A DNA stretch of 64,000 nucleotides from Chrysomallon squamiferum (Eukaryota; Animalia; Mollusca): assembly GCA_012295275.1 (NCBI GenBank), contig CM022672.1, positions 14,632,001 through 14,696,000 of the forward strand, written 5' to 3'. Every line of letters starts with the position of its first letter. Positions within the stretch are counted from its first letter, which is position 1. Positions 29,303-42,753 of the stretch are shown piece after piece. The position numbers were made by a program, and so were the translations under genes. The notes beneath the pieces are model-generated. The model was not told the origin of the DNA, made no database searches, and was given only the letters and a program-made list of their open reading frames with translations.

Positions 29303-30239
29303 TTTCAAATGAATGTTTTACTTCAATTTTTTTTTTTAATAATTTGGTTATTTTCTTTACATTCAGGACTAGAAGAGGTTAAAAGTACAAAATGGAAGCG
29401 TGGGTCATCCAGATAAGAAAGCTCGTAAACTAAAAAGAGCTGGATGTCAAAACAACATCTGTTTTAGGAGTGTGAACCATCACGTCAAAACTATTTCAAA
29501 GACCATCTGACCAGCTTTCATGAAAGGTATTAAAGAAACTGAAAGATATTGTCCAGAGACGTTTTAGTGGAGCGTTTGTCAAAGTGTTTTTAACTGTGAC
29601 CAGCAACAAGAACTGCATTTTGCACTGCGACTCGGAATGTCACTCGGAATGTCATTATGTAATAAATGAGACATTATCTACGTGAGCTTTCTTCCGTTAT
29701 TCACTAGTAGCCCACTACAAAAGCATATTTACGAATGAACCTATGCAATTCAATTATATATTTCTATTTCAGGGAAGAATATAGAATAAATTAAAAAAAA
29801 CAAAAACATTTTGCATGAAATTCTAGTAAAAAAGTACAGTAAACTATATGTATTTATAGATAGACAGATATAGATACATACATACATGAATACAAACATA
29901 CATACATATACACACAAACACACACGTTCAAATATATAAATCAATAAATAAATATATATATATATCATTATTCCGATAGAAACGATATCCACTGAATGAA
30001 TTCGTTTATGGCTACGGTCACTGTTTGAAGCCTACCGACATCGTTGCGATGGAAGACGTAACTGACTGCAAAGACATCAGTTTTTGCCTCGTTTCAAAAA
30101 CAGTCTAGTTACGGCCATAGCGTACATACGTACACACATACATATATACATATAGATAGACATACAAACAGACAGATATAGATATAGACACACACCCACA
30201 CACACACTCATACACATACATATTTATATATATACATGC

Positions 30240-30273
<34 letters not shown>

Positions 30274-31046
30274 ATGTATGTATGTATGTATGTATACACA
30301 CGCAAAGTCATATACACATATATCTATGTTTTCATTTAACGAGACAGATGAGGTGTGCTTGTCTGTATCTAAGTAGCTGATCTAATTCGTAACACTGGCA
30401 GGTAATGCTACACGTATATCTTGTGCAGCGTTCAGTCTGTTTCTATCCGAGTTTAACCGAGCAATCTGCAAAATCCTAGTTCACACCAGCAAGTAGTAGC
30501 AGCGAAAGATAACAGCATCAAGATTAGTATCAACATATCTTTTTTTACTTAAAATTTAAAACTCCTGTTTAACCTTAATCGAAGATTATGACAAATTCAG
30601 TTGTTCAAAATTTTTTTATTCTTCATTGTAAATGACTGCAAGCAACAAGTCTCGTAATTCCCGCGGTTATGTTTGTTTGTTTGTCGTGACCTGTTTTATT
30701 AAGCTTTATGACCCATTAAAGGATCTTGACTTGCAGTTTAAAAAGAAAACAAAAAACAACAACTCTGGTTTAGAGAAACGACGTAAACTTTGTCGAGTAA
30801 ATCTGTTATGTAGAACAGATGCTCTGTTTGTGACAGTTTTACTAAATAAACGAAGAATTAAAATGTACTGAAAGATTAATAAAATAACAGATGTTTTACT
30901 TCTCGTTTGAAAAAACAAAATCTGATTCTAACAGCACATTATAGATAACGTAATATTTTTATTTTTATTTTTTATTTTTATTTTATACATAACTTTTTGC
31001 CCTGTACGTCTTTCCATTTTTGTGTTGATTGATGTGTGTTGCTCTG

Positions 31047-31095
<49 letters not shown>

Positions 31096-31586
31096 TTTGT
31101 GTGTGTGTGTGTGTTGGGTTCAGCGACATTTCTTTCACTTTTTTCATTGTGAGAGACTGGTACGCTTTCATAAGGGCTAATGAAAAAATCTCGACCTCGG
31201 ACCACTTTTGAATTGTACTCTGTTTATTTTGTCTTGTTTTACTTTCTTTGTATGTACACAGTAGCTTTTCAAACAACTTCGACCTATATACCTATATCAT
31301 AACAATCTCAGCTGGCAGTTTTAATCATAATCTTCTATCCCGTATAAAGAAGTGTTTTAAAACCATCGTTAATTCATTTATATAACACATTCTGAGCGAC
31401 AGATTCTCACCTCCTTTCAAACTGGTTTCATTGTTCATACGCAACGTATGTCGAGTAAATAAATCTTTTAATGTAATCTGTCGTACAGCATACATTTTTT
31501 CAGATTGCCGAGACATCCGTGTCTATTGACCTCGAAGAAAATAAAAATTTGAAAACAAAACAAATAGAAGACATCTTCCATTAAAG

Positions 31587-33169
31587 ATGGCGTCTTTCCA
31601 GTCAACTTTCTTCGTGATTTTTTTCCTGTCGCTCTTCGGGATTTCGAAACAGGCGAAATATGCGGATAAAGTTCTTTTGGTGTCCATGGACGGGTTCAAA
31701 TGGGATTATCTGGACAAAACGCACACGCCTCAGTTTGACGCTTTTATCAAGAATGGAGTTAAAGTGGACTACGTAAACAGCTCTTTCATAACGAAGACGT
31801 TCCCATGCCACTACACCATTGCTACTGGTAAGTCGATTAAGGAAAATAAAAATGAAAAATATTTTTTTTTTTTTTTTTTTTTTTAGTAGTAGTTAATGGC
31901 ACACGACTGATCTATTAAAGGCCGTGATTTTAGGTTGTCTATCAAAGGAAAGAGTATAAAAATGAACAGTTGCTGCTAATGGGCAATATATTTTGTCTCA
32001 CCAGTCTCCTTATTTATATTTTCCTTTCATTCATTTCTTCCACAAATCCAGGTACCCATTAGACATTTATCTCGAACACTTATTTTTCTTTTAGTCTTCC
32101 TTTCTTTTGCTAAAAATTATATTTTTTCTGCTGCTGCTGTCACTATTTTTATTTTATTTGTAATAACAGGAGTGTATGAAGAAACACACGGAATAGTCGG
32201 CAATCACATGTACGATCCACTCTTCAACGACACTTTCGGTCTGGGTTCAAAAGAAACAAAATGGTGGAACGAATCGGAACCGATCTGGTGCCGAGTCAAA
32301 CGATTCAATCTGAAGTCTGCATCTTACTTTTGGCCGGGAGGAGAAACGGAAATCAACGGAATCACAGCAGATAAGTGGCTGAAATACAAACAAGACGTCC
32401 CGTTCCGGAAACGAGTCGATGACGTCATCGAATGGTACGTAAAAGATGAGATAAACGTGGTGGCTTTGTACTTTCACGAACCGGACAGCACTGGACACTG
32501 GTTCGGCCCTGACTCGCCAGAGGTACGAGAGAAAGTGAGAGAAATGGACGGACTCTTGGGCTATTTGATGAAGAAACTGGACGAGAACAGTCTGCGAGAT
32601 AAAGTCAACGTCATCATCACTAGCGACCACGGAATGTTTCCTGTCGACGTGAAAAATAAGGTGCACTCAACAGTGACTAAATATTTTCCGTGTGTAGTTT
32701 CGTTTTTAATCTTTCTTCGTTAAAAATTTATCGAAATCTTGGGTATGCAAAGTTCAGCATTCTGAAAATTATGAAAGAAAATGTCTCTGTATGCATGGAC
32801 ATCTATACGCATTTGCGTGTGTTTGTGCGCCTATGAATGTGTTTGTGAGCGTGTGTGGATAAGTGTCTGTACGTGTTTAAGTTTGTAACGTGTGTTAGAG
32901 ACAGTCAGATATGGATGGAAAGCGAGACAGAGAGAGTTTGTCGCAATGAAGGATGCATGCATGGACATGCGTGTGTGTTTGTTTATATGTATGAACATTC
33001 ATATTTAGGATAACTAACCTTACATATTAATGAAACAATAACCTTGCATATATACATTCATTAATACAAAGAAACATACATACTGCTTACACAGATGATA
33101 CAAATGATGTGTCACATCATCATCATTATTGTTGTTGTTGATGTTGTTAGTGCTACTGTTACTGTTACT

Positions 33170-33261
<92 letters not shown>

Positions 33262-34155
33262 GTTATTGTTATTGTTATTATTTTCAGGTGATTGATATTT
33301 ATGAACACGTGGACAGATCTTTGATCTCCAGGTTTCCGTCGCAAGGACCGACCGCCCACCTTCTTCCCGTGGACGGACAGGCGGACACGGTCGTGAATCT
33401 ACTGAAGAACGTGTCTCACATAACAGTGTACCACAAGAGAGACATTCCTGACAGGTTGCACTACAAAAACAACAGACGAATCATGCCGGTCTTTGTTATG
33501 GCTGACGAAGGCTGGCTTATTACAGACGTAAGAGTTACTATTACACAGGGATGCTTGAAAGAATTAATGAATTAATGGATGAATAGATGGATGGATGGAT
33601 GGATGGATGAATTAATGAGAGATAGAGAGTGAAATAATCAGTGTCGATGAGATGATGACTCAGTAAGTATAGAAGTTTTGATCTAGTGGTTTCGCTATTC
33701 ACATAAGAAGTGCTGAGTAAATAAAAAAACGCGTAACATCTCAGTATGCTTGCTTTAACAGTCACAGAAAAATTTGTTTCATACTAAAGAGGAAACCCGC
33801 CAAAAGCACTTTACCAGTAGGCCTAATCTTTTATATGTACATTCATACAGAGAACAACGAACATAACAAAACAAACAAACAAGCAATCAGTGTAACAGAA
33901 GTTGCACACTAAGAAAAATATTTTTATAATCCTTTGAACCAGAAAAACGTCTCTGGCTGTCTCTAACCCAGTGGTGTCTCTAACCCAGCGTCATGTTCAA
34001 ACAGGTTGTAGTCCAGTTATAAGCATTTACTTAGCGTTTACTGCAGAACTTGAAGGTGACCATACCGCCAAAAGATGAGAATCACTACATTAATCAAATT
34101 AACTATATCTAGATATCTGTGTGTATGCTGGTGCTGTTCCTGCTGCTGCTGCTGC

Positions 34156-34193
<38 letters not shown>

Positions 34194-34567
34194 TTGTTCT
34201 TGTTCTTGTTCTTGTTCTTGTTCTTGTTATTATTATTATTATTATTATCTTACAGAACAGAACAAAACTAGCACAAAATACCCATTACAGAGCATCACAC
34301 GGATGGGACAACAGCCTCATGTCTATGAAACCAATATTTGTTGCGAGTGGCCCAAATTTTAAGAAGAATGCTCGATTTGGACCAATCGAAAGCGTCGACA
34401 TATTTCCTTTGATCTGCGAACTGATGGGAATACCCGCTGGGCCGACCAATGGCAGTCTAGAACGTGTCAAGGAATTCCTGGTTCCTTTTGACGTAAATGC
34501 CGCGCCAATGATGCACATTCAGTGTCTACTGATGTTTCTAGGACTCTTCGTTTTTATACTGTATTAG
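31587..34567 (+). CDS. ENPP4/5-like: Ectonucleotide pyrophosphatase/phosphodiesterase ENPP4/5-like, copy B, 427 aa, signal peptide plus hydrophobic C-terminal tail (GPI signal or TM anchor)
   Basis: Exons 31587-31827, 32170-32660, 33288-33527, 34256-34567 (241+491+240+312 bp, GT-AG, open frame). Motifs SMDGFKWDY, TKTFPCH, EPDSTGH, TSDHG, SHGWDN. Tail CLLMFLGLFVFILY*. Confidence 0.95.
31901..31985 (+). mobile_element. Decayed SINE core fragment in intron 1 of ENPP copy B (paralogous remnant at 39671-39727 in copy C)
   Basis: CACGACTGATCTATTAAAGGCCGTG...TTGCTGCTAATGG resembles, from memory, the conserved MetaSINE/MESC core (CACGACTGGTATATCAAAGGCCGTGG...CCCTTGCTGCTAAT). Needs a repeat-library search. 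Confidence 0.4.
33785..33870 (-). mobile_element. Decayed SINE-like fragment in intron 3 of ENPP copy B
   Basis: AGAGGAAACCCGC...ATCTTTTATATGTACATTCATACAGA...AACATA reads as the reverse complement of the same SINE-like core. Confidence 0.35.
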
Positions 34568-36057
34568 TTTTATTTTGTTCTCAAAAATAAATTGAACTAG
34601 ACAGAACTTTTTAACTATTGAAAATATTAACCAGAATATATATATATATATATATGAGATTGCAAGAAAGTTTGGTTAAAACGGTTTAACTTGTTTATAT
34701 TCTTTCTTTCATGTATTTTTGTTTCTGTGTGGTTTTGTCGAGAGGAATATTCTCATTTTTATTTTATTTTAATTTGTTTCTTTGGTTGTTTTCGAGTGTT
34801 TTTAAGTATATGTGTTTATGTGTGTACGAGCGGGTGTGTGTGTTTATGTTTACATATAATGTACCTGTATGTGTATATGTCACTATGAGTGCATATCTGT
34901 ATGTATATTTGTATATTAGTTATAAGTGTATCTCCTTACGTACATGTATGTATACTTGTGTGTCTCTGTGGGTTTGTGTGTGTACATGCCAGTATTGTCT
35001 GAATACTACTTGTGTGTCTGTGTCTACGGGTTCAGATGTATGTACGTGTGTGTGGGCCTGTTTATTTATCGAAGTTGTCACGGTAACTAGTCTGAGTGGT
35101 ATTACTACCTAAAATTTGACTCGTCCCGTCTAAAGGGTAGCAGACTATAACAGCGTCACGTGACAAGGTGTTAAAGATCTGAGACAGCTTAAACTTCTAA
35201 ATGACTATTCTGTGTCCACTAGAAAGCAATAACACAAACAAGAATAGATATATATGATATATAGATATATATGAAATATAAATTATCATCAAGGGTAACA
35301 TATAATTTAACCCTACTTATATAATACACTTCTAAACAGCCTATGGACGTCTGCTATTTAGTTTTTGTGCATTTACCCCCATTTTCTGACATTAATTAGG
35401 TAACATTTAAGAACTGTAAAAATATGAATTTATAAACATGATTATACACGATCGCTAAATAAATATTACCGTAATATAATAATATACTTAATATAAAATG
35501 TAGCAGTCATTCTACTTTAAATGGCCATATAAAAAATAAGTGTTTTGTGAATATTATATAATTCACTACACAGTATACAAAATTATGAATAAAAACAAGT
35601 CACAAAAGTATATATGTGTGTTTCCGTCTGTTGTGTGTCTGTTAGTACATATGTATCTGTCTGTATGTATCTGTCGGTGTGTTTATGTCAGTATTTGTGT
35701 GTTAGTTTATTATTCTTTATGTTGTTGTTTTTGTGGGCTTTTTGTTGTTTTGTTTTTCTGTTTGTGAGTTTGTGTGTTCGTGTATGTGTGTACTGTTGAC
35801 CCTCGATTTCATGCATCAAATCTGGAAAAACCACAAAATTTTAATTTATCGCCATTTCCCGCTTGGAACCTAACCTCTAAATGCTATTAAGTTATTCTGA
35901 GCCCTGCTGTACGATCAAAGCAATCCTCTCTCAAACTATACTCCACCAAGGTAAAAGCAAATCTGACAAATGCACCAAAGACCCACAGGATTTCTGTATA
36001 GATATGTAGATTAGCGAGACAGGCAGAAAGGCTCGAGGGACAGATAGAAATAGATAT

Positions 36058-36098
<41 letters not shown>

Positions 36099-36785
36099 TG
36101 TATGTATGTGTGTATATATGTATGTATGTATGTGTGTATATATGTATGTAAGCATGTATATACGCATGCAAGTATGCATGTATGTATATTGGGAATTATA
36201 TGCATGTGGTGTATAATTATGTATGAATATATTACCTCTCTCTGTCTATCCATCCATCTATTTCTCTCTGTCTATCCGTTTATATCTGTGATTCTTGGTC
36301 TCTCTGTCTATTTATCTATCTATCTGTATTTTCTATCTATTTTTCAGTGTTATCTGCCTATAGACAGACAGTTCAGCTCGGAAAGTTCAAAAGATCGAAA
36401 TGTCTTGTGTTCACTATTCTTGTTGTCATGGCAGACGTGTCTAAATCGGCAGATCTGTTATCCTTCCCGCTTCCTTCCTCTGTTTCCACTTTCGCAGATA
36501 AGTGAGTTGGAGCTGGGGAGGAGGAGGAAAGAAGGTGTGGTATTTTAAGGCAATCTCCCTCTTCTTGTACTCCAACATCTAAAAAATCCAGACATCCGAA
36601 ACAGTTTTCGGTCTCCATAGCATTTCGAACGAGGACACCTCAGCCATGTTTTTGTGTATATTCGACATGCAAAACCATCTCAGCCAGTGGTTTACCAGCA
36701 GAAACAAGTTTCAGTATTAAACAGTGTGTTTATATAATGTATATGTTTTGTATAATGTTTATGACTGTGCCTATATGTTTTCTCT

Positions 36786-36835
<50 letters not shown>

Positions 36836-37344
36836 CAGAAGGCCTAATAAAATAAAATAAAATAAAGTAAAATGCCCAGACATCATGTTTATCAGGCCTT
36901 AAGGTGGTCCATCTCTCTCATTACACAAATAGGTAATAGTAAAATATAACAGCATCAAGATTAGTAACAAGATATCCTTTTTACTCAAAACAAATTCAAC
37001 TTCTTGTTTATCCTTAAGCCTAGACGATTACAAATTAAGTTGTTCAAAACTGTTCTTCATTGTAAATGGCTACAAGCAGCAGGTCTCGAGATTGTATCTG
37101 TTTGTTTGTCGTGACCTATTTTATTTATTTTGCGACTCACTAAAGGATCGGGAACGGCAGAGAAACGATAAAAAGAATGATAAGTAGGCCTATACCCATC
37201 AGCAACAGGGCTTTCGTATTTGTAGTAGTAGTAGTAGTAGCAGTAGTAGTAGTCGTAGTGGTGATAGTGGAAGTAGACGTAGCAGTCGTAAATATAACAT
37301 CAACAGTAATGATGGTGATTATGTGGTGGTTATTGTTGTTACTG

Positions 37345-37402
<58 letters not shown>

Positions 37403-37714
37403 TATTATATTTATTTATTTATTTATTTATTTAATTATCTATTTATTTATTTATTTATTTATCTAGATTTTGGGTTGCCTGTATTATTATTTTATTTTTT
37501 TAAATTGTATTCATTTTACTCATAAAACGCTGCATATTTCTCAAAACTAAATTCAACGGACGAAGCAACATGACTGTTACTACATGGTTTTGTTCTTGGT
37601 ATAAATGAAAGGATACAGCTGCTTAGATTCATTCCACAATTTATATACACGTTTTAACTATCCGTTCAGAAACCTTCCCCAGAAACCAGGAACAATTTAT
37701 CTGCATTCTTGGAA

Positions 37715-38124
<410 letters not shown>

Positions 38125-38390
38125 CGTTATATGCAGTAAAGTAAAGAACTAAAATAAAAATATTAGAAATATCCCTTTTATTAATAAAACATTAACGTCC
38201 TTTGTTTGTTCATGTAAACAGGGCAAAAAAATATTTAAAAAAAAAAAAAAAAAAAAAAAGAAAGAAAGAAAGAAAAACAACAAATAAACAAAGAATTAAA
38301 ATGTACTGAATGACATATGAGAAACAAAATAAAATGTGTCGAATTTTCTGTTTCTAACATCAGATTATAGATAACGTAATTTGTTTATGT

Positions 38391-38421
<31 letters not shown>

Positions 38422-38810
38422 ATGAAACATGGGCAATATATATATATATAAATATTGCCCATGTTTCATTCCATTTTTAGTTTTGTTCATTCTTACAATA
38501 TGTGTTGCGACCTACATAATATATCTCACCTAAAACGTGTTTTATATTATATTGACACAGTTATTTCATTATTATTTAAATGTATGAAAACCGTCGTCGT
38601 TCAAATGCTTTCTGTTTGTGCACATTGGTGTATGAGAAAGAGGTTTCACTATTAAAACGTGTATACGTCTGTGGTAAAATGGTTTTTCTGTGAGTGTTTT
38701 GTGTGTGTACGTGTCTGTGTGTTTTCTTTTTTTCATAGGAGACATGTACGCGTTCAAAAAGGCTACAAAAAAATCTCGACTTCGGACCACTGTTGAAATT
38801 ATACTCTCTG

Positions 38811-38856
<46 letters not shown>

Positions 38857-39190
38857 TATATTTTTTTTTTTTTTTTTTTTTAAACTTTTTTTTATCTAGC
38901 TCAGCGACCTATCTTTTTTTTTTTTCTTTCTTTTTTTTTTTTTTTTTAATAGGACACAGCTACGCATTCAAAACGGCTATGAAAAAAAATCTCGACCACC
39001 ACTGTTGAAATTCTACGCTCTATTTTTTTTATCTGAGTTCACCTCGTTGTTTTCCAGCACGTAGCAGCTCTTCCAACCTCTTCGTCCTCTGCACAGAACA
39101 GAATCTATCAACGCGTTATTTATATGATAATTTTCAGCTTCGAAGCTGTTCGTCTGTGACGAGCCTCCTTGATTGAGAACAGAAACAAAA

Positions 39191-40032
39191 ATGGCGTGTT
39201 TCCAGTCGCTCTTCTTCGCGATTTTTTTCCTGTCGCTCTTCGGGATTTCGGAACAAGCGAAATACGCGGATAAAGTTCTTTTGCTGTCCATGGACGGATT
39301 CAGGTGGGATTATCTGAACAAAACTGACACGCCTCAGTTTGATGCTTTTATCAAGGATGGAGTTAAAGTGGACTACGTGAACAGTTCTTTTATTACGGAA
39401 ACGTTTCCATGCCACTACACCATTGCTACTGGTAAGTCGATTAAGATAAAACAAAACAGAACAAAAACTAAACAAACAAAATTATGACTTGCAAAAGATC
39501 GTTCTTGAAAACTATAAATTCTTTAGATTATAACAATTTTACGTTAGCACAAGTTTACTTATATATTTTACTTTTTAGCATTTCTTTACCGGGTCCTCAG
39601 TTTGAGTAATTATTATTATTATTATTATTATTTTTTTTTTTTTTTTTTTTTTTTTTTTGTAATTAATTGAACACGACTGATCTATTAAAGGCCGTAATTT
39701 TTTTATTGTGGGAAAAAGCACATAAATTAATACTCTTCTTTCTGTCTGTCTTTCTTCCTTTTCTTTTCTTTTAAGAGTCCAGGCACTGTTAGACATTTAC
39801 TTTGAACTTTTTTTCTTATTATTCTTCCTTTGTTTAATTATCTATTCTGTTGCTATTGCTACTGCTGCTGCTGTTACTACTACTACTACTACTACTACTA
39901 TAAATATTACGATTGCTGTGCCATTATCAATGTTTGCTTTTACCAAAGACTGATCAGATGAATGTCTCCAAAACAAATCATCTGAAATTTAAAAATGTAT
40001 AAAATCTTTAAGAAAACGGCATATGAAGAGAA

Positions 40033-40065
<33 letters not shown>

Positions 40066-42209
40066 TCGGTAAATAATTCAATCTGTAGCAGCAATAATTA
40101 ATATTTTATTTATTTGTCGATGCAGGAGTGTATGAAGAAACACACGGAATAGTCGGCAATCACATGTACGATCCACTCTTCAACGAAACATTCGGTAGAG
40201 GCTCAAAAGAAACAAAATGGTGGAACGAATCGGAACCGATCTGGTGCCGAGTCAAACGATTCAACCTGAAGTCTGCAGCTTACTTTTGGCCGGGCAGCGA
40301 AACGGAAATCAACGGAAGAATGGCAGATAAGTGGCTGAAGTACGACGAAACCGTTCCTTTCCGGAAACGAGTCGATGACGTCATCGAATGGTACGTAAAA
40401 GATCAGATAAACATGGTGGCTTTGTACTTCCACGAACCGGACAGAACTGGACATACGTACGGCCCTGAATCGCCAGAGATGGAAAATAAAGTGAAAGAAA
40501 TGGACGGAATAGTAGGCTACTTGATGAAGAAACTGGACGAGAACAGACTGCGAGATAAAGTCAACGTCATCATCACTAGCGACCACGGAATGTTTCCCGT
40601 CGACCCGAAAAATAAGGTGCACATTAACAGTGACTAAATATTTTCCGTGTTTAGCTTTGTTTTTAATCTTTCTTCGTTAAAAGTTTAGCAGAATAGAATC
40701 TGAGAGAACTTTGGGTTCAAAATTTTTGAAATTATAAAAGATAGATGTAGCAAACATAGATGCGAAAACGATTCCTTATGCATGGATATGTTTGCGCATG
40801 TGCGTATGTTTGTCTGAATATGGTAGTATGTCTATGAATGTGGGTATTCGTGTTAGAGATAGTGAGATGAAGTTGGAAAGAGAGATAGGGAGAGTTTAAC
40901 TCCTGTGAAGGATGTATGCATGAACATTTGCGTGTAATTGTATACCTCTTTGTATATATGTATGTATTTGTATGTAAAAAGACGCTATGTAAGTTTATAT
41001 TTTAATGAACCAGTAAGCATGCATGTATATATGCATACATCATCATCAATTAAAGATGTTAATGGTATCATCATCATTATTTTTGTTGTTGTTGATGTTG
41101 TTATTGTTATTATTATTATTTTCAGGTTATTGATATTTATGATCATGTGGACAGATCTTTGATCGCCAGGTTTCCTTCACACGGAGAGTCCGCTAACCTT
41201 CTTCCCGTGGACGGACAGGCGGACACGGTTGTGGCTAAACTGAAGAACGTGGCTCACATAACAGTGTATCACAAGAGAGACATTCCTGACAGGTTGCACT
41301 ACAAAAACAACAGACGAATCATGCCGGTCTTTGTTATGGCTGACGAAGGCTGGCTTATTACTGACGTAAGAGTTACTATTACACAGGGGTGCTTGAAGGA
41401 ATTAATGATGAATAGATGGATGGATGGACGGACGGACGGACGGATGGATGGATGGATGAATGAATGAATGAATGAGCGAAAGAGTCAGAGAATCGGTAAA
41501 TAATTCGAGGAGTTTAGTGATTTCTTTTCTCACTTTCTCAAATTCTGCTTTACACAGTAAATTAAAATAAATGTGTTAGACTGTGACGATCCACTGAGAG
41601 AAAGGAAGTTCACGATAAAGCTGTGTTATCAAACAGATGTTTTAACATACATTTTCCAACAGGATATATCATGGACTTCAGTAGAAAAAAAAAAAAAAAT
41701 AAATAAATAAATAAATGTCGTGTAGCTGAAATGGGAAATAATTAGCAGGAGGCGCAAAGACAATAAATTTACTGAATTAAAGATGTTAATGGTATCGGTT
41801 ACATTCCATCACGCATTTCCAGGACAGGGCAACTGAATGCAGAAAATTTTCGTTTAGATGAAAAGTGATACCATTTCGTGGCGAATTTATTTTGGACTCA
41901 GTAAGTATAGTAGATTTGACCTCGTGTTTTCGTGTGCACAAAATCTCAAAGTTTTAGCAAAAAAATTATTAAAAGAGGTCAATGCATTAGTTACTCATTA
42001 ATGAAAAGTAACTCCTGCTTCACAGAAGGGGGCGCTACCTGGATATCTGCTTTGTATATGTGTATGTTTGTCTGTTTGTAGAGAATACGTTTTCACATTA
42101 CAACTTTGTTGGTTTACTTGTTGCTGCTGCTGTTGTTATTGGGGGGGTTTTGGGGGGTTATTATTTTTTAAGCCTATTATTATTATTATTATTATTATCA
42201 TTTTCATCA

Positions 42210-42262
<53 letters not shown>

Positions 42263-42592
42263 TAACAGAACAAAACGGAAATGGCACTATATGAAACAGA
42301 CAAGGGAGCACACGGATGGGACAACAGCCTCATGTCTATGAAAGCAATATTTTTTGCGAGTGGCCCAAATTTTAAGAAGAATGTTCGATTTGGACCAATC
42401 GAAAGCGTCGACATATTTCCTTTGATCTGTGAACTGATGGGAATACCCGCTGGGCCGACCAATGGCAGTCTAGAACGTGTCAAGGAATTCCTGGTTCCTT
42501 TTGACGTAAATGCCGCGCCAATGATGCACATTCAGTGTCTACTGATGTTTCTAGGACTCTTCGTTTTTATTTTGTTCTCAAAAATGAACTGA
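39191..42592 (+). CDS. ENPP4/5-like: Ectonucleotide pyrophosphatase/phosphodiesterase ENPP4/5-like, copy C, 431 aa, signal peptide plus hydrophobic C-terminal tail
   Basis: Exons 39191-39431, 40126-40616, 41126-41365, 42269-42592 (241+491+240+324 bp, GT-AG, open frame). Motifs [34 protein letters not shown]. Tail CLLMFLGLFVFILFSKMN*. Confidence 0.95.
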
Positions 42593-42747
42593 ACTAAACT
42601 GAACTTTATAACTATTGAAATTATTAATCAGAATGCATATGTTTAATTTGTACTAGTAGCAGTTTATACTAATAATGTACAGTTGTATATAAACAGAAAC
42701 ACAGAGGATGTCATTATTTTTGTACGAAATTATTTTGTTAAATGACC

Positions 42748-42753
42748 AATAAA
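42748..42753 (+). terminator. Candidate polyadenylation signal (AATAAA) of ENPP copy C
   Basis: AATAAA ~155 nt after the stop codon. The motif is common in AT-rich DNA. Confidence 0.4.

Noticed and set aside
31303-31320. AATCTCAGCTGGCA resembling miR-216 (also partial miR-1-like at 61201 and miR-184-like at ~15779)
   Set aside because: Only partial matches that diverge at the 3' end, with no evident complementary arm for a pre-miRNA hairpin.
35155-35164. Perfect GTCACGTGAC (CLEAR/USF) palindrome downstream of ENPP B
   Set aside because: A single isolated 10-mer in a 3' flank. Not enough to claim TFEB-type regulation.
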